Source: Raja brachyura
Lineage: Eukaryota
NCBI GenBank assembly: GCA_963514005.1
Contig: OY740783.1
Span: 55,304,001-55,368,000, forward strand
Length of the DNA stretch: 64,000 nt
Direction of reading: 5' to 3'
Both the position numbers and the translations under genes were made by a program. This document shows, piece by piece, positions 1-13,108 of this stretch (the stretch's first letter is position 1; each line of letters opens with the position of its first letter). The notes below the pieces were generated by a model, which was not told where the DNA came from, searched no databases, and saw only the letters and a program-made list of their open reading frames with translations.

Positions 1-519
1 TTCAGTGCTCAACGGACAAGTCTCATTGACCTCATTTGACATTGGATGATAATGGATTAAACTCACATATGATTAATAAAATAAGGCATTCAAATAGAAT
101 TGAAGGAAATATTGAAGGACTATTACCTGAGACTAGTTTTTTATGATAGGCCACAATAGAGAAAATAGACATGGGTTCTTAAAAGTACATTTTGTTGTGG
201 TATACGACGTTCTCTCTATATCTTGGTAGATGTGCCATTAATAACCCAATACCAATATTTCACCCCGATCCACTTTAAATGATAATCCTTGAACAGTAAA
301 TAATTATCAAACTCCTTTTTATTGCATTCTTATTATCAATGCATTATGTTTTGAAAAGATCTCATGGATCATTTCCAATTCAATTAAATGGGTCTTTGTT
401 GGCTTGGCTCCGCCATCATGGCAGATAGTATGTTTGCTTACTAGATGTTCAAAGTCTTTATGGAATGCTACTCAATGCAGAACATTTCTACCAATTCCCT
501 TTGTGCTCATATAATCATG

Positions 520-3110
520 CAATCATACAGCACAGAAATAGGTTGTTAAGCCCATGTCATTCATACCACTGTGAAGTCAATCTATGTTAATCTCATTCAC
601 CCTCATTAAACCCATATATCTGCTCAATTCCTCTCATACTGCCTGTCCAATTTCTTTTTAAATGCTGAAATAGTATCTGAATCCGCTACCTCCTCTTGCA
701 ACTCATTACAAACATTCATCACCCTGTCTGTGCACAACTTACCTCTCAGATCTTCTTTAAATTTCTGCCCTCTCACCTTACACCTGTGCGTTCTATTTCT
801 AGGCCACCACTCCCCACCTCAGTCTTGGGAAGAAACTCTGACTATCTACCCTATCTATGCCCCTCATAATTTTGTTATCAACTATAAGGTTCCCGCTCAG
901 CCTTCTACTTTCCACTGAGAATAAACCCGGCCTATTGAATCTATGCTTATAATCACAGTCCTCCATGCCAGGTAATATCCTAGTGAATCTTTTCTGCATT
1001 CTCACTGTTTCTACTATATTCTTCCTGTACTGTGGGAGTAAAGGGCCTGTCCCACCAGCATCCTATGCAACTCTATGCGATGAGCGCGACCTAACGTGGT
1101 CGCTTGAGCCGTCCGGCGTCGCGGGGCCGGTCCCACTTCGTTTGCCGGAGCCGTGCGGAATTGTGCGGAGTTCGTCCCGACATCGCGCGGGGCCCCGAAA
1201 AACTGACCATGTTCAAAAATTCCGCGCGGCAACAGCTTGTCGGCTCGCAGTCGTCTCGACACATTACACACCGCCTTGACGTCGTGCCTCCGTGACCTTC
1301 TCTGTAGGTGCCTCCGTGACCCTCTCTGTGTGTGGCTCCGTGGCCCTCTCTGTGCCCCTCTCTGTGTGCCCTGTCTGTCCTGACGAACTTACCTTTAAGA
1401 CTTCGCTCCAAGTTCGCCTCACTTTGCGCCGCGTTGCGCCACTCACCCGACCTCCGCACGGCCCTCGCTGCCGGTTTGGTAGCGCTCTTCGCATGCAGGC
1501 GCATGCTGTTGGGAACGGCCCTGTACAGGGATCACCCGACCTCCGCACGGCCCCGGCTTCTAGTTTGATCACGCTCATCGCATGGAGTTGGATGCTGGTA
1601 GGACAGGCCCTTTAGACTGTGTGCAATACTCTTAAAGTGGTCCAAACAATATTTTACATAGCAGCAACATAACATTACAACTCCTATTCACAATACCTTG
1701 GCCTATGAAAGCAAGCATACTAAATACCTTTTCCACTTCACTGTCTACCTGCATTGCCACTTTCAAAGAGCAATGGACTTGCATCTCAAGGTTGCTCTGT
1801 ACATCAAAAATCCTCAGGTCTCTGTTATTGACTCTATATACCCTTACAGTATTTGACTTCCTAAACCTTGAACCTGCCACCACTTTCTAACTGATGTACA
1901 TCCCACTGTATCTTTATATAACCTTCTTTATTATCTACAACTCTTTTCAATTTTTGTCAACTGCAGACTTATTAAGCAAGCCCACTATATTCTTATACTA
2001 GTCATTTATATATATCCTACTAACATTAGAAGACCCAGCACCAATTCCTATGGTACTCCACTTCTCACTGATTTCCAGTCAGGAAAACATCCACTCATCA
2101 AATTTTGTACCCATTTCACCAACACACCTCATATCACTCTGCCTCAACCTACTGGACTAACCTATCATGCGGGACCTTGTTGGCTTAATAAAGTCCATAT
2201 ACACATCTACTGTCTGATTTCATTAATGTTCCTGGTTACTCCACTAAAAATTCAATCCGATTTGTAAGAAATGATCCCCCCTCAACCAAACCAGTCCCTG
2301 CCTTTTCAAGTCAACGTAAATCCTATCTCTCAGAATTGATTAGTAAGGGGGTCACGGGTTATGGGGAGAGGGAAGGAGAATGGGGTTAGGATGTAGAAAT
2401 AGATCGGCCATAATTGAATGGCGGAGTAGATTTGATGGGCCGAATGGCCTAATTCTGCTCTTATCACTTATGACCATATGATAATCTTCTCCAACAACTT
2501 CCCTACTGTGGCTCATTGGTCTGTAGTGTCCAGGCTTACAAGGGAACAGTATGAGCTATCCTCTAATTGTCCAGTATCTCACCCATAGTTAATAAAGATG
2601 CAAAGTTCTTGGTCTGAGCCCTTGCTATCACCTCCATTGCATCTTTAGTATTCTGCTCTACCTCCCATTTGGCCCTAGGGATTTATCCACCCTAATGTGC
2701 TGCAATATTTCTAGTATTTACCCCTAGCAGATGCCCTGCAAAATGTTAGTGTATCCCTCAACTCTCCAGCCGCCTCCCATGTCCTTTCCGGTGATGAACA
2801 ATGAGAAGTATTAATTTAATATATCTCTCATATGGTTCCACACATGGATTACCCTTCTGACCCCTGAGAAGACCTATTATTTCCTTAGCTGTCTTCTTGC
2901 ATGTAATATAATTAAAGTTGTAGGATTCACCTTAATCCTACTTGTTAAGGCTATTTTATGGCCCCTTTTACCCTCTTAATTTCTTTCCTAAGTTTAGTCC
3001 TATATTCTCGATAAAAATCAAGTGACTTGTTTAATAACAATTTCCTATACCTGGCATATGCCTACTCCTTTTCCCTGATCAAACTTTCAACATCCTTCAT
3101 TAACTTGGTT
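520..3110 (-). mobile_element. Degraded CR1 LINE (RT and 3' region), interrupted by the Harbinger MITE and a short sense CR1 tail near 2345-2475
   Basis: Minus-strand peptides MQKRFTRILPGM...LFSVESRRLSGNLIV and RDLRIFDVQSNLEMQVHCSLKVAMQVD..FSMLAFIGQGI match the CR1 ORF2 C-terminus; many stops and frameshifts. Confidence 0.7.
1042..1611. mobile_element. PIF/Harbinger-type MITE inserted in a CR1 fragment
   Basis: Terminal inverted repeats AGGGCCTGTCCCACCAGCATCC / GGATGCTGGTAGGACAGGCCCT; flanked by TAA and TTA (TWA target); GC-rich, non-coding, internal 24-bp tandem repeats. Confidence 0.75.
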
Positions 3111-6100
3111 TCCTTAAACATATGTAGACACAAGGAACTGCAGCTCAAGGTGCAAGAATAACTCAGCAAGTCGGGCAGCATCACTGGAGGACATGGACAG
3201 GTGACATTTTAGGTCGGGACACTCCTTCAGACCTTGTAGCAGGAGATCAAACTATTGAAGAAATACTTCTAAAGAAGGATCTCGACCCGAAACATCACCT
3301 GTGCATGTTCTCCTCAAATACTGCCTAACCCGCTGAGATACTCCAGCACTTTGTCTTTTTTCTCTAAACGTACCATCTTTGCCCCTGAGTCTTATAGGGA
3401 CATGTCGACATGCTGACTCTGAACCTCTACCACGATACCAGAATACTCCGTGTTTCTCTTCCAAAATATATCCTCTCGGCATTCTTGGATGATAAGTTTG
3501 CATTTCCATTCAACACAATCTCATTTGACTGACAAATATCATATGAAGAGGGGTCATCATAACATCTGAAGAAGGATCATGATCATCGTCTGTCCATTCC
3601 CTCCACAGATGTCTTCTGACCTGTGAATTCCTCCTGCTCTTAGTGTTTTTCTCAAGATTCTAGCATCTACAATTTCATGTGTCTTCAAATATCATAAATT
3701 ATTGTACCTTTGGAGCATTTTCCTGGTTCATCCCATGATTTCATAGTTTTCTCATACATTCAATCTACATAAATATGTTTCTGTATCATTGCCGGAACTG
3801 GAAAATAATTTTCTAATATTTTTAATATGAACACTGTGTTATCAACCCCCATATTCTAAATTCTCATGCAGTATTAATTGCAATGCAACAACAATAACAT
3901 TTTGTTTAGAACTTTTACATTTTATTGTGTAATCTTATTGGGATAAACAAGTAAGAATGTTTGCATTCTTGATGTGCCAATTGTCATTATTATGAATTTA
4001 AGATCAAGAATTATTTGCTAAGATATGAATTGTGACCCAAGTAAATTGGGTCACCCTGATGAAACATCTTCAGACAGTAGTCAACACCTAATGCCCCTTT
4101 CTCATTTTCAACATAATTTTCTCACTTTTCATTGTATACAACTTTCAATTTTATTTTCTTGATTATCATCCATTATATGTCAGAATTCAAAGCACTACAT
4201 GCAAGTTTCAACATGCATGTTGTATCATAGTGACTTCACAGGGTGATAATATCCAACACCAGAGGGCATAGCTGTAAGGTGACAAATTCAACTGAACCCT
4301 TTCCCCTAACAAGTTTTGTTTCACACAGAGGGTGGTGGGGGCCTGAAATGAACGGCCAGAAGTCATGGTGGTGGAGGCAGATATGATATGATATGATAGT
4401 GACGTTCAAATGATTTTTGGATAGGCACATGGGAATAGAGGGATATGGTCCATGTACAAGAAATTATGAACTGTTTAACATTTTAATGGCATCGATCGGC
4501 ACAAATATTGTGGGCCAAACAGTCCATTCCTGTGTTGCACGTTCTATGTTCTATGGTTACATTGACTCGTTCCATAGACTCTATATACATGTCATATTCT
4601 GTTTGATGTTTTACTTAGTGCCTTTCTTTCAAGTTCCAGCAAAATACTCTGCCATGCTGAAGAGTATTTCATGATCAGCAATTGTTTAAGCTTCTTTACC
4701 TTTACAATTGCATCCATGGTCTCCTTAACTTGTTATAATTTAATGGCATCTACTTTTAGCCCAAAATAAATTATGTACAAATGCACCCTTACTTCATTTG
4801 AGCTTTATGTTGTGTACGTGCCACCATCTGAACCCTCTATTCTTCAAATATCTACTTATTTAGTTCTTCCAGTTATTAGTACATCATCTACTGCACATTC
4901 AATTGTTTATATATCTTAGTATCTTGTCCAGAACGTCAAAGATATTCAGTGATAATTTCACACCAGAAGATAGATAAGTGAAAGTGACGGACACTTCTTA
5001 TCTACTTTCAGATGAGCATTTGGCTCAACAGATCTAATTTAATGAAAACTCTATAAATAAATGTTGTGAAATTGGCAAGGGGTACTGCCTATCATCAACT
5101 ACCTAGATCATTGTAACATTTTAACCAGCACATGATCGAATTATTGTCCAATTTAGACGTAATTACATTTGTTGTCAAACAAGTATTCTAGTTTACCTTC
5201 ATTGAAACTTCATTTTATTTGAATTTATTTAATTTCCTCTACGTGGTTTTTCAAAAAATGAATAATAAATTGGGGCTCATAGTCAATAAGGATATTTTTC
5301 CAATATGTATATGTAGACTCTCATTTATGTAGACTTTGTCTTTTCACAGTGAAAAATTACTCCATGGCAAAAGTCAGAATGAAGGCATCTGGATTAACTT
5401 TAGCTTTAGAACCGCATGCTGAGAATTTATGTCTATTTTGGCAGTTGGATCATTTCGCTATTTTAAATCAATTTATATACAGTGAAAGGTTTCCATTGTA
5501 TCTACAGCAGCAATCTGTCTTAACCATGTGCTTGTGATTCTACTTTCGAGCTCTAGCCTTCATCATTGCTCAGATTGTTAATTGCTGTTGTATTTGTAAA
5601 TTGTAAACCCTCAAAAGGCTCCATGCTTTGTCCACAGACATAGCAATTATGCCTACAAGGTGAAATGTGGATTCATTTATTCGCATAAATTTACTCATCA
5701 ATTAAAACACAAACTTTTCACGCTGCAGATTGTCAAAGGTGACAATAAGTGCCAAATACTTAGACACAAGGAACAGCAGAAACTAGTTTAGTTACTGACT
5801 GACAACTCTGGCAATTTCACCTGACTTCTAATTCTTAGTCCTTATTTGGAACTCTTCACAATTTCTGATAGTTTAGCCCTTATGTGATCTCATAGCTTTT
5901 ATACTATTTCATTAAACAAAACATCATTGCCTTATCTTGGATTTAGATAATATGTAAGCTATTGTACATTTTGGAACTCTCTTGATAGAAAAATAATCAA
6001 GTTCAAGAATTTTGTGCAAACATATTCACATCATCATAATCAATGTCTGCAATGTTATTTACTGTAGAAAAAAAAATTTGCAAGCCTTCCATGTGTGGAC

Positions 6101-6579
6101 TGAATGACTCGCATTGTTGGCACCAAGGCTTCCAATGCAACCAATTTGAGCCTGGATAGATGTCTTGTTCCTAATCATACAACGATGCAGTAACTGCTTG
6201 AGAAGTATTACACATCAAATTGCTTTTTCTCCCATGATTTTAATCCACAAACCACTACTCCTTACATTGCAATGGTTGCTGCTGGCTTAACTTCAGCTCA
6301 TTGTTAAATGAGCGGCCTTGACTTGCAGATGCACAGATCGATAAATCTGTTCATTCGCTGTTATCAACCCATTCAAATATTTTTTTTTGTTTGCAATACT
6401 TTTCAAAGTAAATTTGCCATTAAAGTAAGATTGTTCAGCCAGCATTGCTATTTTAGTGAGTTAGATGCTCCCCATATATATTACGCAGTTAACTAATATT
6501 GACTTATGTGTAGATATAAAATAAGTAATTTAAATTCATTAAATATTTTAGGACAAGTATACAAGGGCAGATAATGTTT

Positions 6580-7440
6580 AGTTATTGTAATATGTGGGAG
6601 TTGATGGAGATCCACAGTAGTCGGATCTACAGAAACTGTCTACAATTTGAAGAACCTTGGCTGAGAATGGATGAAGTAGAGTCGAAGATATAAAAAAAGA
6701 TCGTAATGCATCTGGGAGAGGTTGCCTGAATACTTTGTTCGAGGAGACAGTCACATACCTTAGGTTAAGATCTGTAAATTGGTCCATCAGAATTTCAGAA
6801 AGGTATGGCTAGAAGCAAAACGGGTAAGAAGATCCAGGAAGTTACATTCCAGGACTCTAAACCTTTGTCCTTTCCAACAGATTTGAGGTTCTTGCGACTG
6901 CAGGGCAGATGAGCAAACTGACTACATCACTGTGGTACAGGGGACCATTCAAGTTGGAGGAGTGAACAAAATTTAATGGTAGTGAGTAATAGATTGTTTA
7001 AGAGGAAGGATGTTGATATCTACAACCATAAACACGATCCTGAAGGATATGATACATGCCCAGCACCATGGTTAATGATATCACCTCAGGTCAGGAATGT
7101 AACAAGGATGGAGGGGAAAGATCCAGCTGTGATAACAAAGAAGGAACATGAGCAGTTCAGTTCCAAATTTAAAAACAGAACCACAAAGGTGGTAATATCC
7201 TACATATCCTACCTAATATCCTACATCATTGCAATTTGGCATAGAAATAAGATAGGGGAACTTAATATGTAGCTCAAAGCATAGTGTGAAAGAAAACAAT
7301 TTAAATTCTGGGGATACTGGGTACTGGGGGATGAGGGAACAATTCCACTTGGAAAGGGTTCAGTTGAATTTGGCTGGGACAAGTGTATTCAAATTACTGA
7401 AGCAGTAGATAAGGCCTCCAAGTAGCTAATGGTGGCGAGG
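6580..7440 (+). mobile_element. Highly degraded CR1 ORF1 (SGNH-esterase-like) remnant
   Basis: Fragments such as EGKDPAVI, KNRTTKVVIS and WHRNKIGELN resemble the chondrichthyan CR1 ORF1 esterase domain; frame broken. Confidence 0.5.
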
Positions 7441-8814
7441 TTCTGGCAAGGGAAACTTAGAAAATTAAATTGAAAAGACAAACAGCACAAAGGTGGTGGA
7501 TGTATGGAACAAGCTGCCAGAGGAGATAGTTGAGGCAGGGACTATCCCAACGTTTAAGAAGCAGTTGGACAGGTACATGGATAGGACAGATCTGGAGGGA
7601 TAAGGACCAAACGCAGGCAGGTGGGACTAGTGTAGCTAGTTGGCTGGTGTGGGCAAGTTGGGCCGAACAGCCTGTTTCCACATGTATCACTCTATGACCC
7701 TGTGAGAAAAGGAAATATAAACTACAAAACAAACAGTGAGAAGCATAAAAACATGCTGCAGAAGCTTCGTTAGGTGTTTAAAAAGAATGTTAGCAAAATA
7801 TAATGCTGATCCCCCACTAACAAGCGAGCAAAAACTATTGGGAAATGAGGAAAAGACATAAATCATTTGTGTCACAAAAACAGAAAAGCCTGGGAGCATT
7901 TAGCACCTCAAGCAGCATCCACAGTGAGAGAAGAAGAAACAACATTTTAGATCAGGGACTCACAATCAGAACTGGGAATGGGAATAAACAAGCATGTTTT
8001 AACTCCCAGGCAGATCTGCAGGGTGGTGAGAACAGAGGGAATGTCAGTAATGGGGTGAAGACCAAACCTGTGAAAGTAAGTGGCAGAAAGAGACAGAGGA
8101 GAAGAAAGCTACAGTACATTAAAAATGAAAGGTACAGCGACATCTATTGAGAAAACATAGTGGTGGCTTCCTGAAATTGTTGAATTTAATATTCAGGAAA
8201 TTGGATTTGCCAGGTTATTAAAAGCACCATACGATTCAAAGTTGTTGCTGCTATTAGTGTGCCAGTAATTAATAGCTGAAACCAACAACCTGCAATGACA
8301 GGTGGAATTGGCTTTGTTCTAAACTAAAGAATGCTTTAATTTTAGGCAATTGTGTTTTGTGGATACCTAGTTGCGCTTTTTTTAAACTGCCCACAACAGC
8401 CAGTGGAACAGATGCGCAGTTTTGTTCAGTCTGATTCTCCGCTGGAGTTTTGCTTCCTTTCCAGACAACTAAAAAGATGCCATGGTCAAATGCCATACAA
8501 TGCCAGTCTCCGAATTCCCCTCACCTATACTGAACAGGGGGCGAGTCTCTCTGTAGCCCTACTAAACCCTCGGAGTCATGGAGCTGCACACGGTGCCAGG
8601 TGCCAGTTGCATCTTATGCTGACATTTTGAATGGCAACATTGCCTATTTTTCCGTGAAACTAAACGACTGGTGTAAGGGCAAACATTTCCAGGGATATCA
8701 GGATCAATCCAAGAATATGGTAGCCAATGGCTTGATTCATGTATGTTGGCTGCTTTTATGTCTGTTGGCAGATCAAGTCCCCTCCTGGAATAAATAAAGT
8801 TCTGGCATATCGTT

Positions 8815-8985
8815 TCTCTCTCGCGCGTGCGCGCACACTCACGAACACACACATGCACCAAATCATAAGCTACCACGTGTATATATGTACGTGAGTGTGT
8901 GTTTTATATATATACATATATGCTTTATACAGACAAATAAACAAACAAAAATATATATGTAATAGTACACACATATATACATACA
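8815..8985. repeat. Mixed (CA)n/(TA)n microsatellite region
   Basis: Direct inspection. Confidence 0.7.
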
Positions 8986-9364
8986 ATGTTTGGTTGTTTA
9001 GACAAATAAATAATGTAGACAAATATGCAAAGAAAAATCAAAACCAATGCTCATAAATCTATATAGTTCAGAGCCTGTTTGTAGGCTGCAGTGTTTAATA
9101 ACCTGGTGGTTGTAGCGAAGACACTATTCCTGAACCTGGATATTACAGTTTCAAACTCCAATACCTGGCAGGAGTGAAACGAGAGTGTGGTCAGGGTGTT
9201 CTGGGTCTCTGTTGATGCTGGCTGTCATTTTGAGTCTTCAACTTCGATCATTGGGGAGGTTAATAAAATCAAGCCTAACTCAAGTACAATAGGTAGAGCA
9301 AAAGGAAATAAGTCCAGAGATAAATCTAATATCCATAATGAGGTGGAATTAATGAATGAATTAA

Positions 9365-11680
9365 ATGCTACCTTCATTGTCATTCAGACCTTTCGGTCTG
9401 AACAGAATTTCGTGCCTGCAGTCATACATATAATAAAAATAATAAAAACACACAATAAACACAAATTTAACATCTACCACAGTGAGCTCACCAGGCACCT
9501 CCTCACTGTGATGGAAGGCAAAAGTCTTAAAGTCTTTGTCTCTTCAATATTCAACCTCTCCCTGGACAAGTCCGTAGTCGCTGCCTGCTTCAAAAGACCC
9601 ACCATTGTACCTGTACCAAAGAATGCCTCCCCAGCCTGGCTGAATGACTACTGTCCGGTGGCTCTCACCTCGGTAGTCATGAAATGCTTTGAGAGACTGG
9701 TGAAGAAACACATCTGCGCCTTCCTCCCTCGGAACATGGACCCAGTACAATTTGCATACCGTCCGAACAGATCCACGGATGATGCTGTCTCCCAGGTTTT
9801 GCATACCGCTCTCTCCCATCTTGACAGCCAGAAGGGGGGCTACGTGAGGATGCTGTTCATAGACTTCAGTTCAGCCTTCAACACGATAGTCCCCACCAGA
9901 CTGGCCGAGAAACTGCTGGAATTAGGGCTCCACACCCCCCTGTGTGCCTGGGTCCTGGACTTTCTCACCGCTAGGCCCCAGGTAGTCAAGATGGGAGGGA
10001 ACACATCGAAGTCCCTCACCCTGAGCACAGGATCCCCCCAGGGTTGCGTCCTCAGCCCCCTATTGTACTCCCTGTACACACATGACTGTGTGGCTAGGTT
10101 CAGCTCCAACTCGATAATCAAGTTTGCTGATGACACCGTGGTGGTCGGCCTGATCTCAGACAGCGATGAGAAGGCCTACCGAGAGGAGGTAGCTGATCTG
10201 GCACTCTGGTGTCAGGACAACAGCCTCCTCTTGAACATCAAAAAAACGAAGGAGCTGATTGTGGACTTTAGGAGGGCACATCATCCGAGAATGTACACAC
10301 CATTGAGGATAAATGGGGATTCTGTGGATAGGGTGAGCTGTTTTAAATACCTGGGAGTCCACATCTCTGAGGATCTGACATGGACATCGCACGCTGCAGC
10401 ACTCGTGAGTAAGGCAAGGCAGCGCCTTTACCACCTCAGGCAATTGAGGAAATTCAGAATGTCTCCGAGGATCCTCCAGTGCTTCTACTCTGCGGCTGTG
10501 GAAAGCATCTTGTCCGGAAACATCACGATTTGGTTTGGGAATTGCTCTGCCCAGGACAAGAAGGCTCTGCAGAGAGTAGTGCGTTCAGCCGAACGCACTA
10601 TGGGGACTTCTCTTGCCCCTCTGCAGGAACTATACATCAGAAGGTGCAACTCCAGAGCCAACAAGATAATGGGAGACCCCTTCCACCCCTGCAACAGACT
10701 GTTCCAGCTCTTACGGTCAGGCAAACGCCTCCGTTGCCATGCTGTGAGAACGGAGAGCATGAGAAGGAGTTTCTTCCCAGAGGCCATTCGGACTGTAAAC
10801 TATTATCTCACCAGGGACTAACTCTACAACAGTTACTGTACCACAATACCACCCACAATATTTTATTATGGAAAAGAACATGTGATTGTTTGAAGTATGT
10901 TGGTTGTTTGTTTGTTTGTTTGTTTGTTTTTCTGCACAAAGTCCGCAGGCACTGCCATTTTTCATTTCACTGCACATCCCGTATGTGTATGTGACGAATA
11001 AACTTGACTTGACTTCCCTCCTTGTTCTCCCTCTGCGCTGAGGCGATCCAGCCCTCCAATGTTGTGACCCCCGCCGGGTGGGTAAGTAAGTCAGTCCCAC
11101 GGCTGAATCCAGCTCCGTGAATGGGCCGATTCAAACTCCGCGGCCCGGAGCGGTCAAAGCTGCCGAAGCTGCCGCCCTCCAGTCCAGCGGACAAAGCTGT
11201 TGATGCGGGAGCTCCGGAAAAACGGGTTACCAACCTGGGACCCGCGAGCTCCCGATGATGTCATCCACTGGGCCCGCCGCCGGAACGCCAGAACGCCACC
11301 ACAGCCCCGAAGTCACGCCGCCGCCGCCAGAACGCCGCCACAGCTCCAAGTCGGGCCGCTGCCGCCACCGGAACGCCGCCACTGCTCCAAATCGGGCCGC
11401 CGGAACGCCGCCACAGTTCCAAAGTCGGGCCGCTGCCGGAACGCCGCCACAGCCCCGAGGCCGCCAGCTCCGCCATTAGGCCTCAGCGCAACGGAGACAG
11501 AGACGGGGGTCATGACAAGAAAAGTCGCATCCCCCTGAAGGAAGAGACTAAAACCATGTTTCTCCCACCCCCTCCCCCACACTTACACAACCTAATAAAC
11601 TAAACTAAACCAAAACAGACAAAAGAAAACAACAGCAAAAAGAAAAAACAGACGGACTGCAGGCGAGCTTCCGGTCCGGT
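9365..11680 (-). mobile_element. Non-coding (SINE-like) retroelement interrupted by the Rex1 insertion; pieces about 9365-9544 and 11015-11680
   Basis: Sequence reads continuously across the insert (gtctcttc / cctccttg); GC-rich body with a degenerate tandem array at 11270-11465; minus-strand 3' end carries a GAAA-tetraloop hairpin followed by TGACAATGAA. Confidence 0.55.
9545..11014 (+). mobile_element. 5'-truncated Rex1/Babar-clade LINE with uninterrupted RT frame
   Basis: IFNLSL..TIVPVPK..LNDYCPVALTSVVMKCFERLV, QFAYRPNRSTDDA, RMLFIDFSSAFNTI, PQGCVLSP, KFADD; stop at 10821; 3' tail AATAAA(CTTGA)n typical of Rex-type elements. Confidence 0.85.
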
Positions 11681-13108
11681 AGCAGTAAATCGGATTGTAC
11701 CCTTGCTCATGAAACATAGAGATGTAGAGAGTATGGTGACAGATTTTCATATCGTTCAAGGAATCTTTCCTCTAGTCACTATGATTGAAGACAGGGGTTT
11801 AGGAGATAATCGCTACGCATTCACGAGCTCGCCGCGAGACATTCAATGCCGTTGAAAGATATATCTTCCAAACACAGTCTTTTAATTAATAGTTTCTTTA
11901 TTGTAGTAGTAAAAACAGTAAGATATTCATCCAAACTCCTTCTTCGTTTAAGTACATTTTGATCTTACTCGTAGTCAAACTTGCGCATGGTGGAAAGCTG
12001 TGACCTCTCCTCCATGCTTCTTCAAACTAAACTAAAACCACCAGGTCATCTACCCACATAATTACAGGCAGATACAATTTAAAGGTAACTGGTTATAGTT
12101 ATAACATACTGAATTAAGCTAAATGGCTATTACAGAGAGCAGCCTCCATGAATCACAAGAAAACCCTTCAACAAAGGATGTCTGGTTATGTATAGACTTT
12201 GGTAGCTAATCAAGCAGCTGTGACATTGGAAGGCAATGATACATCCGGCGTGCTGTGGTGAAGGGATTTTTGCAAGAGCTGTTCAGTCTTTCAGCCCACG
12301 TTACATAACAGATAATCCTATGGCTGGCTCAGATTCATCTCTTGCTAAATCTCATCCATTAAATGGAATCTTATAGTTGCCTAAGATTAGGATGACAGGT
12401 CTTTATAGTTCATCACATTGAATCATTTTGGAGTGCTGAGCAAGATGTTATTTGTTGATTATGCACAGGTTAACCATACTTCCTTGTAGCTGGAAGTATA
12501 GTTAAGCAGCTGCTGACTCATGCTGAAACTGCTGTGATTACATCAAAAATATTTAGGGTGGGAGTCAACATTGCTCAGTAACAGGGAAACCACTGCCAAC
12601 CATTCATATTTTGCATGTGAGTCGCCAATAGCAAGTTGAATCCACTTCCAAGAAAGCCTGAATCTCTATACACTAAGAATAACAGGTGCCCTGGAGGGAT
12701 TTAGTGGATGTTATGTTATCTCCAGTCAAACAATGATTAAAAGATAATCAGATCCCTGTCAGGTTTCTGATATCATGTGATGATTGTATTTTTATCATGC
12801 TGGTACATCCATTGTTCTCTCCATTCAAGTGCTGTGGTATTTTGATTCACAAAAAAATAGGCTAATCTGTTCTCTGCTTCCTGTGCAATATAATGTGTCT
12901 TCACTGGTCTTCATGATCTTCATGGTCTTCACTGAGGTGCAAGGATCAAAATAACAAAATGTCCCAAGGGAGATGGATCAGCAGGAGTGGGGCAGTGAAA
13001 GTTTCTAAATTGGCAAATCTGACACCACCGTGGCCGGCTTTGGGTTAAACCAAGACAGTGGTGGCGTGTGGTATTGATGTGCTCTTGGTAAGTGAGGTAG
13101 TCAACTTA

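Noticed and set aside
965-1615. Cluster of overlapping 60-140 aa ORFs
   Set aside because: Artefact of a GC-rich MITE with tandem repeats; the same applies to the ORF clusters at 11200-11582 and 28509-29436.
9187-9544. N-terminal 120 aa of the 544-aa ORF as a novel domain fused to RT
   Set aside because: It reads through antisense pieces of other repeats and starts at GTG; RT homology begins only near 9545, so the extension is probably a chance open frame.
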